Assembly: GCA_004431415.1 (NCBI GenBank)
Contig: QPMI01000246.1
Coordinates: forward strand, 51,295 to 115,294
Direction of reading: 5' to 3'
From: Cyanophora paradoxa CCMP329
Lineage: Eukaryota; Plantae; Glaucophyta
Length of the DNA: 64,000 nt
Shown here in pieces: positions 12,763-29,283 of this stretch. The translations under genes were made by a program, and so were the position numbers. Below the pieces are notes generated by a model. That model was not told the origin of the DNA and made no database searches. It saw nothing but the letters and a program-made list of their open reading frames with translations. The first letter of the stretch is position 1. Each line of letters begins with the position of its first letter.

Positions 12763-15700
12763 TCAACCGCCGGCGCCCAGCTGGGCGTCGAGGAGGGCGC
12801 GGCGGGCGGCGGCGAGCTCGAGGGCGCCCTGGAGGCCCTCGAGCTCGAGCTCCGAGCGGCGGCGGGCCGCCCGCGCCGCCTCCGCGCGCCGCGCCGCCGC
12901 CGCGAGCTCGCCCGACAGGGCCGCCACGTCCGCCTCCAGCCGCGCCATCCGCTCCTCGGCGGGGCGGATCCCCCGCGTGAACAGCTGGTAGTACTTCTCC
13001 ATCGCCCGAAGGTACCTCACGACCTGCGCGCGCGCTCGTGCTCGAAGCCCGAGCCTGAGGCCTAGGGGCGGCGGGGGGCCGGAGGCCTTGGCCTAGGCCT
13101 GGGCCGGGCACCTTGACGGCGACGGAGGAGACGGCGGCTAGCCGCGCCTCGTCGAGCTCCGGGTCCGCGAGGTACACTTTCGCGAGGCGCTCCATCGCCG
13201 CCCCGGGCACCGCGCTGCGCATGCATATGCGCCCGGCCGGCCGGTGCATTCCTTCCTCAGCACGGGCCGCCGCTGCAAACAGAAATTTAAAGGGGTCGCA
13301 CCGGGGGTTGAAGCCGTGAAGGGCGGCGAGGAGCCGGGGCCAGCCGTCGCGCCCCCCCCAGAGCTCGCGCTTGAAGAGGGCGTAGGCGGCGTCCGCGTCG
13401 AGCCGCGCCGCGCCGGGCCGCAGGAGCGTCGCCAGTGCCGCCCCCGCTTTGCGCACGCCGGCCGGCGGGCTCGCCAGCGCGACGATCTCCGCCTGCGGGG
13501 GGGCGTCGGGGGGATCCGCGGCCGCGCCGGCGCCGGCGCCGGGGGCCGGGCGCACGAATCCGCCGCGCTCGGCGGGGGTGATGGACGCGGCGTCGGCCTT
13601 GGCGCCGCGCTCCATCGGCTCGTAGGTCGCCAGCTGCTCCCGTACCTTCGCTCGCGCCCGCGTGAGTGCCGGCGGCTTCGAATTCGGCTCGAGCGGGCCG
13701 ACCCGGCCCGCGCGGCCCGCTCGCACCTGCGCCTTCAGGGCCTCTATCTCGCCGCGCCGCGCCTCGAGGACCCTGGCGCCCGCCTCCAGCTGCTCCAGCA
13801 GGCCCTCGATCTGCCCCCCCGGCCGCCCGCGCCGCCAGCGTTGGGCGCAGAAGTGTGCGCGAACGGGCCGGCGGGGTACACCGGTCCCGGCCACTCGGGC
13901 CCCGTACCTGCCGCATCGTCTCCTCCGCAGCCACCCGCTTCCCCTCCGTCGCCCGCACCACCGCCTCGGCCTGCGCTTCGATCTTAGCTTTGGCTCCAGG
14001 GGCGGCGCCGGCGCGGGCGGCGGGGGACGAGGGCGGGGGCGGGGGCGGCGCACGAGGGTCTGCAGCTCGGCCCGCACGCGCGGCACAAGGGGCGCCATCT
14101 CCGGCACGGCCCCCATCGCCCCAGGCACCTCGCTCAGCCGCCGCAGGTTCGGCACCCGCGCAGCGCCGGCGGCCCCGCCCGCCCCGCCGCCGCCGCCGCC
14201 GCCGCCGCCCCCGCGTCGCCGCCGTCGCCGCCGCCGGACCCCTCGAGCCAGAGGGGCTGCGGTGCGAGGCCGCGGTCCGGGTACTTGCCGTGCGCGATCT
14301 CTGCCGCCCGCGCCCGCCGTCAGCTCGCCATCGATGTCGAGGCGACCCAGCGCGGGGCCCGGTCGCGCGCCGAGGAAGTACTCAGCGATGGCGCGGCCGC
14401 AGCGGGCGCGGGCGGCGGCGTCCGGCAGGTAGCGCGCGGCGGCCGCCTCCCAGAACTGGCGGTGGTACCAGAAGAGCGTTGCCTCGCCGTCCGCCCCGCG
14501 CGCCACGAGATACTCCCCCAGCGCGAACCTGCGCCAAGGCAAGGAAGGAAGGGAGGATGCAAGAGGGGAAAGGAAGGAATCGAAGGCGGACCGGAAGAGG
14601 GCGGTGACGAAGGGCGGGAGGCGGCGGCGGGGCGGGCGGTGGAAGCGGAGGACCTCTTCCAGCACCTCCTCGTCCCTGCGCGCGCCTCCTAGGAGCTTAG
14701 ACCGGGGCCGAGGCCGAGGCCGAGGCAGCCGCGCCGGGGCCGGGGCCGGGGACGGGGCCGGGGCGCGCGTGGAGAGGATGTCTTCGAGCTCGCCCTCGCT
14801 CAGGCCGCGAGCCGAGGCGGTGATGAGGCCCAGCGCCCGCGACACCAGCGTCACGCCCAGCGCCCCTGCACGCGCACGCGCCCGGGCCCGCCGCTCGCGA
14901 TCGCGATCGGAGATCGCGATCGATCGCAGGGCTCGGGATCGATCGATCGCGGACCCTCGAGGCGGGCGAAGGAGGCGGCGATGAGGCCCGGGACGCTCGC
15001 GGAGAGGCCGAGCGCCGGGGGCGGCTGCCCGCTCGCGAGGCGCTCGCATTCCTCGGCCAGCAGGCGTAGGTGCAGCGCCGTGCCGGGGGCGCCGGGCCCC
15101 GCGCGCGGCGAGGAGCGCGGCGCGCTGCGGCGGCTGCAGCGCGCGCCGCGCCCGCCGCAGGAAGCCATCCAGGATCGCCTCCGTGTCCTCCTTCCTGCGG
15201 CTTCCTGGACACGGAGGCCCTAGGCCTCCGCCTCACACCCAAGCGCCCGGCGCACACGGAGGATCGCCGTGTCCTCCTTCCTTCGCGCCCGTCCAGGATC
15301 GCCTCCGTGTCCTCGCGCCCCAGCGGCTCCAGCTGCGCGAGCGCCGGGCGCTTGGGTGTGAGGCGGAGGCCTAGGGCAGGCGCGGCGCGGGGCGATCGCG
15401 AGCCTCGAAGAAGTCCGAAGGGGCGAGGGCGGGGCAGGCGGCCAGGGACGGGAGGCAGCCGTGGTCGGGCTCGGGCAGCGTGGAGACGAGGACGGAGACG
15501 TGGGGGACGGGGTCGAGGGGCAGCCAGGCGGCGCAGGCGGCGCGGGCGCCGCCCTCGTCCTCTAGCTGGTCCAGCGAGTCGATGAAGACGTGCAGGGGCC
15601 GCTCCGCCGAGGCGTGCTGCGCGAGGCTGCAGGCGCGCGGACTTAAGCGAACTTGAGCTCGCAGAAAGCTTGAGGGCGCACCGGGCGCGGAGCTCCTCGC

Positions 15701-18065
15701 GGAGGGCGGTCAGCTCGTTGGCGGCCTCGGGCGGGTCGGCCCCCCCGGCCGCGTCGAGCTGGAGCGAGAGGCTGCGGAGCAGCGCGCGGGCCGAGGAGGA
15801 GGCCGGCGTCGTCCCGCAGAAGCGCGCCAGCACGAGGCCGCCGCCGCCGCCGCCGCCCGCGCCCGCGCGGCACGCGCCGCTCGCGTCGGCCGCGAGGCGC
15901 GCGACGAGGGACGTCTTGCCCGCCCCCGAGCGGCCCGCGAGGACCGTGACGCAGCCGCCCCGCGCCCGCGCCCGCAGTGCCTCGTGCAGCGCGCCGCGCC
16001 CGCGGAAGTCGTCCGCCCGCCGCGCCGCAAAGAGCGCGTGCGCCGCCGCCTCCGCCCTGCGCGCGCGGTCGAGCCGGCGCCGCACGATCGCGAGCGGCCG
16101 CGCGCGAGCGGCGCGTACTCGACGGGGAGGAGGGCCGCCGGCCGGCGAGCGCCTCGCGGGCGGCCTGCAAGCAGGCCCCCTCCAGGAACTCGCCCAGCTC
16201 GCGCAGGTAGGCCGCGTGCTCGGGCACGTCGGCCCGCACGCCCCCTGCGCCCGCGCCCGCACCGGAGGACGAGTCGGACCCCAAGCGCGGGGCCGGCTCC
16301 TGGGGGCCCGGGGGGCGGACCCGGGAGCCAGGGTACGGCGAACTTCATGAGGCGGCCGGGCGGGGCGGCGGCCTCGGCCTCCGCGAGGAGCGCCCCCAGC
16401 AGGCGGCGGTCCTCCTCCTCCGCCGAGAAGAAGGCGCCGTCCGAGGCCGCGGCCGGCCTCGCGCCGACGTCGACGCCCGTGAAGCGGCGCAGGAGGACGG
16501 CGCAGGAGGCGGCGCGCTCGGCGGCGGGGCGGGCCAGGAGCCCCTCGACGACCTCGAGCTCCGTGATGGACGCGACGTACCGCCGGCGCGCCTCCGCCGG
16601 AAGGCCCGACCGCGCCACAGCCCCCCGCAGCGCCGCCTGCAGCCGCTCCTGCGCGCCGAGGGTCGGGCCGGGTCGGGGCGGGCCGGGTCGGGTCGGGGCG
16701 GGGCGGGGCGGGGCGGGGCGGACCTGAGCGCCGCCGGGGCCCCAGAAGGGCTCCCCGACGCTCGAGATGGGCTGCAGCACGTACTCCACCGGCACCGCGT
16801 TCTCGTCCCTGCGGCCGGCGGGGTCGGCGGGGGCGGGAGGGGGGGAAGCTTGAGGGGCGGGAGGGGCGGAGTGGGGCCGGGCACCGGCGGTACCAGCGCG
16901 CGAGCAGCTCGAGCTCGTCCTTGCGCTCCACGAGCGCGAGCAGCGCCTCCATCTCCTCGGCGTCGACGGCCTTGGGCAGGGCCCGCCTGCACCCGACGGC
17001 CGGCCGCGCGCGCGCCGCGGCCGCCGCCTTCGATTCGGGGCGGAGGCCTAGGCCTAGCTATAGGGGCGCGAGGGCGCGCGCGGGCGGACCAGCCGTAGCG
17101 CTCAGCGCCGAAGTAGACGAACGAGAGGCCGACGCTCTCGTCCACGCAGCGCCGCATCTCGCGGCGGCACACGTCCCACGCGTCGTGGTTGTCCGTTCCC
17201 GTGTCCGCCACGCCCCAGCGCCTGCCGTCTGCCGTCGGGCGCAGCGGCGGCTTCGGCGGCGCCGGTGCGCGCATGCGCACAGGTCGACGACCGAGAAGCC
17301 CAGGCCCAAGTCACGGAGGGCGCGCCGCAGCCGCGGGAAGACGTGCTCCATTAGATAGTTCCTCTCCTGCGGGGCCGGGGTCGGGGTCAGGCCGGCGCCG
17401 GCAGGCCGGGGGCGCGGCGGGCCGGGGCGCGCGGCGGCCGTGTCTGCGAAAGTAGACGAGAGGAAGAGCGCCGTCCTGCGGTGCCCCTCGTCTTTCGCCG
17501 CTGCGAAGTCGCCCCGCAGCACCGCCCGCACGCGCTCCGCCTCGCGCGCGCCCATCTCCGCTGCGGCGTCCTCCGGCGGAACTATAGCTAGCGCTGAGGC
17601 CGGGGCTGGGCCAGCTCCCGCTGCAGCTGCGACGTCTACCCGAAGCTGCACAGCCACAGGCGCCGCCGGAATACGCGTGGGCTCCGCGGCCGCTGCGACC
17701 AACGCGTGATCAGGACGCTCCACCGCGGGAATTCGAATACGAGACGGCGAGGCGCCGGCTGGCGCGGCCGCCCCAGTTGATCGAGCGGATGCGCTGCCAG
17801 CTGCAGGAACCATGTCAGCATGCGCGTTTGATGCAACTGCAGTCGCAGCGCCGCGCGGACGCCCCAACGAGTTGCCCGCGACGGCCAAGCCCGCGGCCGC
17901 GGGAGATGCGCCTCCACGATTCTGGATCGGACCGGCTGCTGCTGGTCGGACCGGCGACTTCGACTGCCGACGGATGCGGCTCGCAGAGCTCGCGTCTGCT
18001 GCAGCTGCAGGTGGAGCTGCCCGGCCGCGGGGTCCCGGGCCACGACGGAGCACCGATCCCCGCAT
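12763..18065 (-). CDS. DUF4062-NACHT/AAA_16 STAND NTPase (NWD1/NWD2/TEP1-like) with a C-terminal dynein-stalk/microtubule-binding-domain-like region
   Basis: DUF4062: LFLSSTFADTAA|ERNYLMEHVFPRLR, VDL|RWGV, CRREMRRC, ERYGW. Walker A GRSGAGKTS; RFCGTTPASS; Walker B LHVFIDSLDQL. Winged helix ARGLSEGELEDILS and LFWYHRQFWEAA. C-terminus IVALASPPAGVRKAG...LHGFNP...VYLADPELDEARLAAVSSVAVK|VVRYLRAMEKYY...RPAEERMARLEA; stop 12763-12765. Start codon uncertain. Confidence 0.88.
15217..15377. repeat. 37-bp perfect inverted repeat plus local direct duplications inside the NACHT gene
   Basis: 15217-15253 gccctaggcctccgcctcacacccaagcgcccggcgc is the reverse complement of 15341-15377. tccaggatcgcctccgtgtcctc occurs at ~15168 and ~15292. 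Confidence 0.9.
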
Positions 18066-18535
18066 CGATGTGATTGATCGTCAACAACGCATGAGAGCTC
18101 TGGAGACGAAATCCACGCTGCCGGCTGCAGCGCGGGCTGGCCTGATCCGGGATCCAATCGATATCCGGAACTTGTCCTTCTGGTCCGTGCCAAACTTCCG
18201 GACGTCCTCTTAAGCTGCTCTTGCAGCCTGTTGCAAGTTGCAAGTGCTGAATCTCGCGTTCAGTTGCAGGCTGCCGGCGTGCCGCTGCCGGCCCGCCGGC
18301 TTCTCTCGAGCTCGGAGGCCGAGGTCCCAAGTCGACACTGTACCCTCGCCTCTCTTCTGAACCATTTCGGCCTTACTCCGGGCGTCCAAGATCTGGATAA
18401 CGCGCCGCCCGCCGCGCCTCTGGCAATTCGGAAAGCTGTTTAAGTCCGAACCAGAGATCAAATTTGCCCGCGTCAACCCCTCCGGACCCGGGTACGGCCT
18501 TCTTGCGGGCTTCAATCTCGATCAGCAGCTAGGAG

Positions 18536-19186
18536 ATGGCACCGGCGTTCACTGTGGCGTGTGCGGCTCCGGCAGGGGCCGTTGCTACTGTCGTGCCGGC
18601 CCGCAGCGCCGCCTGCCCCGCGCAACGGCTTCGGTGCGTTCCGATCCGCCGCGCGCTGCCCTTGGCCCCCGATCGACGCGACGCGGCGCCCCGCAGGCCT
18701 GCTGGTGCCTCGAGGATCGGCGCTCGGTGGTCTGCCGGGTCCACCCGCGCTCTGGTCGCGCGGGCGCCTCGCCGCTGCGAGTTCGGCATCGTCGCCCAGA
18801 ACCAGAGCAACGCGGGCGCGCGCGAACCCGCCTCGTCGTCATTCCTGTGCCTGATCCGAAACGCTCGCGGGCGCAGACGACCAGGCGCAGCCGGCGGAGG
18901 GCGCCGACCACGACGACGGCGGCCGCGCGGCCGTCTCCGCGACGATGTCGCTCATGTCCGAGCTCTTCGGCAAGCCCAAGGACGGCGCCGAGCAGGGTAC
19001 GAAGCCTCGGATCCGCCTCAGCCACCGCCGGCGCGCGCCCAGCGCTAGCCGAGCTCGAGCGCAGAGAACAAGAAGAAGGGCGGCGAGGAGGCCGAGCCGA
19101 AGCAGTCGGCAGCGCCCTCCTGGAACGCCATCAACAAGCAGAAGTCGGCCGAGGACCTCATGAAGGAGCTCCTGGGCGAGAAGTAG
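18536..19186 (+). CDS. Small plastid-targeted protein of unknown function (4 exons)
   Basis: MAPAFTVACAAPAGAV... is an Ala/Arg/Ser-rich transit-peptide-like leader. The spliced frame continues DDQAQPAEGADHDDGG...MSELFGKPKDGAEQ|ENKKKGG...SAEDLMKELLGEK*, TAG 19184-19186. The second intron has a GC donor at 18816. Confidence 0.7.
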
Positions 19187-19594
19187 GCGGCCGAAAGATA
19201 GCTCGGGCGAGCGTTCCCGACGGGCCAGGTGCCGCCTCCCACAGTCGAAACTCGATCGATCTAATCTGGAGGCCGGGCCGCGACGCTGACGCGGGGCGCG
19301 CAGCGGCACGAGCGGCTCTGCTTGGACCCGCGGCTCGTCGTCTCGCAATCGAGCCATCCCTCCTCTTGCCCTCCGCTTCCGTAGCCTCCGGTCCATCCGC
19401 GCGCCTTCAAGCCTCCGAGCCTCGAGCTCGGCCGCCTGCCTTTCTGCACCCCTAGTTGTAGGCCTCTTCTCTTCGATTTTCCCCTTGTACTTGTACTCTA
19501 GCATGCTCTAAGATCCCCAGCCTTGCCTGCCGCAGCACCTTGCCTCGCGTTCTCAAAGCCGACCACATGCACTAGAGTGCCGTAAAGGGCACAG

Positions 19595-21131
19595 CTAAGA
19601 GGAGGGCTGCTTCGGCTTGAAGGCGTCGAACAGAGTTGCCTGCTTCATCCTCTTGGGCGCCGCCGCCGTTGCCGCCGCCGCCGCCTGTAGTTCGGAGAGA
19701 GACGCGGTGTGTAAGAGGGCCGCTCCGGGCTCGAAGTCGGGCAGAGCCGTGGGTAGGGGGGAGGCAGGGCATGGGGGTACCGCGGATTCCTCGCCCTCCG
19801 CGCACCCCCCCTCCAGCTTCGGTTTCGGCTTGGAGAGAACGCTCTCCTTCCACGCCTCGTACTCCCGTTTGTTCTGCGGAGGGGGCGCTTCGAGAGGGGT
19901 ACAGCATTCTCAGGCTGGGGTACACGAACCTTCTCCCGGTTGGCCTCCCGCGCGACGTTCTCAGCCTCCTTGTTCCGCTCGTACCGTTCCTGGGAGCCCG
20001 GGGCGACGTGTCAGGGGGTACGCCAGGTGGGGGTGGGGGGTACAAGCGCCCGCCTGTCCGACGAAGATTTCGGAGGGGTCCTGCGGCTTGCTGGTGCTGG
20101 CCGGCGCTGCAGCCGAGGATGTAGATCCCGCCGCCGGCTTCGCGCTCCGCCCCTTCGCTGCTCCCTTCAAATCGTCCTCACAGTATTTCTGCATGCTCTT
20201 CAGCCGCTGCGCCGGCCGATCCAGAGGCGCGCGTTAAAAGAGAAATGCAAGGCGAATAATCTCGGATCAGAATTCAGACCTGCTGGAACTCGTCGTCGGG
20301 TACCATAAGCTCCGCGCAGATTCGATCCGCGTTCGGTTTGGCCTGCACCGGGCGAGAAATTTGATCCGGCCCCGGGCCCGGGCGCGCGCGCGAAGGCTCG
20401 CGCCGCACGCGCGAACGAACCTTAAGCTGCCTCGCGCCAAGGAACAGCGCGGCGGCGGCGAATCCGTCGCTGGAGAAATCGACGTTTGAGGCGCGGCCCG
20501 GCGGCAGCCCTTTCAAGAACCGCTCCTCGTACACCTTCAGCAGGTTCTGCGCTGATTCCGCCGTTCGCGGCGGCAGGTTGAGCGTGGCAACGATATGTTT
20601 CATGTCCGCCGGCGGGCTGCGCACCCCCCGTATTGCTCGGGTCAGCCGGCACACCTGCCCGGCGGCCGCGCGTGGGCGGGGCGAGTTGGCGCGGCGTGCG
20701 GCTGTGGGCGCACACGGGGTAGCGATCGCGGACGAGGTTGGCGAGCAGGTAGCAGGTGCTGCGGAATGTCTTCGGGTCGGCCGGCGTAGATACCGAGAGC
20801 TTGGAGCGATCGAGCGCCGACGGAGCGATCCTGCGGCCGCGGGCGAGCGTCATCGCGCTGCGAACTCTCGCGCCGCACGATGGGAAGCACATTCGGCAGG
20901 CGATGTGCATGCAACATGCCACCCTGCACGCGTGAGCCTGCGCCGCCGCCTCAGGGGCGCGCTCAGCGGGCGCTCAAAGTTTGAACGACTGGCCTGCCCG
21001 GCGAGGTTCGGCATCCGCTGCTGCGACAAGCTAGCTAGGTCCAGCGTGCGCTCGAGCAGCTTCTTTTGATCCATGGGATTCGCTGGCCCGAGCCAGCAAT
21101 GCTGCATCAGGCGGTCGGCCTCCTGTTCCAT
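19595..21131 (-). CDS. ORC6: Origin recognition complex subunit 6
   Basis: LLKVYEERFLKGLPPGRASNVDFSSDGFAAAALFLGARQLK matches the plant-type ORC6 core (YKDRFLASLP..RRASADF...FTAAAFYL). C-terminal ORC6 motif REYEAWKESVL at ~19840-19867. Ends KRMKQATLFDAFKPKQPSS*. Confidence 0.9.
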
Positions 21132-21316
21132 TCAAATTCCGCTTGCTCGGGCCGCTGCCTGCGCGGTTGGGCTTGCTAGCTGAAATCCTTCGCGTGCGCG
21201 TACGGCCCCAGAGAGCTCCGGCTATGCGAGCTCCGGCTCAGCCTTGTTTCCACTGTACCCCAAAGCCACCAGCGCATCGGAAATCGTGCGCGGGGAATCG
21301 GCAGCGACAGTGCAGC
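21132..21316. promoter_or_regulatory. Compact bidirectional promoter between ORC6 and the plastid CNNM gene
   Basis: Inferred start codons are head-to-head and 185 bp apart. Confidence 0.55.
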
Positions 21317-26415
<5,099 letters not shown>

Positions 26416-26827
26416 GGTAGTACCCCGGGACGCGTACGTAGTTTCTGCAGGCCAGACATAGTAGCTCAACCATTCCCGATGTATATGCTCAGTTCCAGCT
26501 CTCCCTTCTTTTTTTCATGGCCCATTTCGTTTCACGGCTAGGCTGCAGAGTGCGTCTCTCTTTCGCTTATTCTCCACCACAATATACACACATGCGAGCT
26601 TTGATTTCGAATTCGAGCCGGCGAGGGGTCGAACTTTGAATGCCCCGCGCCGTACGCGTGGCGTTAGCGCTGCGGGAGATGCGGCGTACTCAAGCCTTGA
26701 AGATCGATACACTCTTCGGAATAATTTCATTCGATAACATGATCATAGCCCAAAATAAGCACACGATAGCGGCGAGCTCGAGGGCCGCAACCGGCCCGTC
26801 CGACGGGAATTCGGGCGGGGGTACCCC

Positions 26828-27946
26828 TTAGTCCGAGTCGTAGCCGCGGCCCATGCCTGCAGGAGGGTTCGAGTCAGACGAGGGGAGGGGGGCCGCGCGG
26901 GAGGGGTACGCGGCGCGGACCGGAGCAGCGCTTGCAGGGACCTCCCTTCTTGTGGTTGGCGCCCGACCCGCGGCACTTCTTGCACGGCACGACGCGCCTG
27001 TTCGGCGGGACGGCTGCGCCGAAGGGTGTGAGAAGGGAGGGGTACGTGGTCTCCGGGGTCGGAAGGGGGGTATTGCTTACTGCGAGCGCCCTTGCAGGCC
27101 TTGCACGGCTTGGCCGGGTTGTGAGGCTTCATGCCGGTCCCGCGGCAGACCTGCGCGGGCGCCGGTGAGCGGGCGGGCCCTCGCGGAAAGGGCCGAGGGC
27201 CAGGGGTACCGCACCATGCAGGGCTGCATGCCGCCCATCATCATGGGGTTCTGATGGGGGTACGGGGTCGGCTGGCCCGAGGGGCCGAAGTAGCCCTGCT
27301 GCTGCGGGGGGAAGCCCTGGGGCGGGTACGCGCCGGCTGCGGAGGAGCGGCGGGACGTCAGCGGGAGGGGATCGCTGAATCGATGAGTCTCAAAAGGGGC
27401 GACATGGGAGCGTACGCATTCCTGCGGGGCACACGCATCAGGCGGTGCTCTGCGATGCGAGCGTACGTAGGCGAAAAGACGGCGACTCACCCATCGGAGC
27501 ACCAGGCATGCCGGGCATGCCCATGGGAGCACCGGGCATGCCGGGCATCGGGCCTGCGCGCACACCATTCAGAGGGCCATTGACGACGTGCGCGGAAACG
27601 GAAGGGCGGGACCGGCGGCCCGCCGAGGGCGGACGACGGGCCCGAATGACTTAAAATGACGCTAAACTGTAAGCGGAAGCCGGTCGAGTCGGCCCGGGGC
27701 CGGCGAACTATGGATGACGCTTAACGGTTCTGGAAATGCGCGGATCGAAGCTTACCGAAGTTGCGAGTGCGCGGTGCGTCTGCGTGAGAAGAAGAATCGA
27801 AATTTAAGCGTCAGAGACGCGAATCCTGGCAAGATCGGCGGGCCCCGAGCTCTATCGGCCTCGTCCGGTGACGCGTGGCATGCGCAGGGCCGGCGTCGCA
27901 GCTCACCCACGAGGGACGGGAAGCAGGCGTGAAGCATGTTGCCCAT
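26828..27946 (-). CDS. Small N-myristoylated Pro/Gly/Met-rich protein with a DnaJ-type CxxCxGxG zinc finger and no J domain
   Basis: Spliced: MGNMLHACFPSLV|DAPRTRNF|GPMPGMPGAPMGMPGMPGAPM|GM|PGAYPPQGFPPQQQGY...QPCM|VCRGTG...CKACKGAR|...CKKCRGSG...CKRCS|GMGRGYDSD*. TAA at 26828-26830. Confidence 0.75.
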
Positions 27947-28315
27947 GTTGGAGGTCGGCGAAGGACGAACGAGGAAGGTCGAGGGGCGGCTGCCGACGCG
28001 GTTGCTCGCTTTTTCTGGCTATGACTGATCGGACGCTGTACCCTAGCCTAGTAGCGGCAGTTGCCCTTCCTGGTCCTGCGCGCAATTGCGCCGCTTTGCT
28101 TGGGCTTTCTAAAAGTGCAACCTGTGCATCATGAAAGTAACACCGGACGTCTACGCGAGTGCGCAAGGCTTCTTCATCGGGCAGTTGGGCTCGCTTCGGG
28201 GGGGTACACGACGGAAAGCAAGCAGGTTCAGGCCCAAGATTTGTGAGCAGCCGGCGGCCCTCCAAGGCGCGAGCGTGCTCCCTATATCTTCAATGACCGC
28301 TTTTTCCGCAGTACA

Positions 28316-29091
28316 ATGGTGAAGAAGGTTGAGACGGAGCACGAGTTCGAGCAGACCCTGAAAAGCAACAAAGTGGTCATTGTCGGTGCGCGCGGGACCC
28401 TCCGGCGCGGTCGCGCAGGCGCCTGACCGCGCCGGCGCTCCGCCTCCATTCTCCCTTCAGACTTCTACGCGGACTGGTGCACCCGCTTGCAAAGCTAGCT
28501 GCGCTTGCCTGGCCGCTCATCTCTTCCGTTCATCGTGCGCAGGTGTGGGTGAGCAGGCCTGCCGCGCCGCCGCCATGACGTTCAGTGACGCGTGGGGCAG
28601 CCCGTGCAAGATGATCGCGCCCAGGGTGGAGGAGCTCGCTCAGAAGAACCCCAACGTCTGCTTTATGTGCGTGGCGTCGCTCTCGTTTGCGGGCCTCTCG
28701 CGGGGCTTCCGAGCCGCTCACGGCGGCCCCGGCACGCAGCAAGGTCAACGTCGACGAGCTGGACGTGGGTTCTCCCCTCCCTCTTCCTTTTTCAGCTGCT
28801 AAACACGCGTGCCTGAGCAGAAGCTTGCTGAGAGCCACGGCATCAGCGCTATGCCCACTTTCCTGGTGCGCCTGTCCCTTTGTTCCTCTCCCGCCTGGGG
28901 GCGCATACCAGTTGCTAGGACCCGTGCTGTTATCTCCGTTCCTGGTTTCCTGATAGTTGCGCGGCCTGGCGCGCACCCCGGCAACTGCTGAGGCTCTCCC
29001 GCAGTCTTTCGTCGATGGGAAGAGGAAGGGCGAGGCGGTCGGCGCGGCGCTGCCGAAGATCGAGCAGCTTGTCGCTGACGCCCTCGCGTAA
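28316..29091 (+). CDS. TRX: Thioredoxin (WCGPC), cytosolic type
   Basis: MVKKVETEHEFEQTLKSNKVVIV|DFYADW|CG|PCKMIAPRVEELAQKNPNVCF|IKVNVDELD|KLAESHGISAMPTFL|SFVDGKRKGEAVGAALPKIEQLVADALA*. Confidence 0.93.
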
Positions 29092-29283
29092 GAAGCGGGC
29101 CCTTCCCCCGGCGCTCCGCCCCTTGCTTTCCCTTTAGGGGCTGTTCACTTGCATGTGGTGGCAGTGCCGGCAATCGTAATTAACGAATGGGACTGCTGAA
29201 GGCCGACGCGCGCGCGACGTCGCCATGGGCACTAAATTTGATTCGCTTCTTATATTTACAGCTAAGGGGTGACGCACAAAGGG

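Noticed and set aside
12763-13660. A dynein heavy chain gene
   Set aside because: Only the stalk-like part is present. The upstream P-loop is NACHT-type, there are no dynein AAA modules, and a stop follows CC2.
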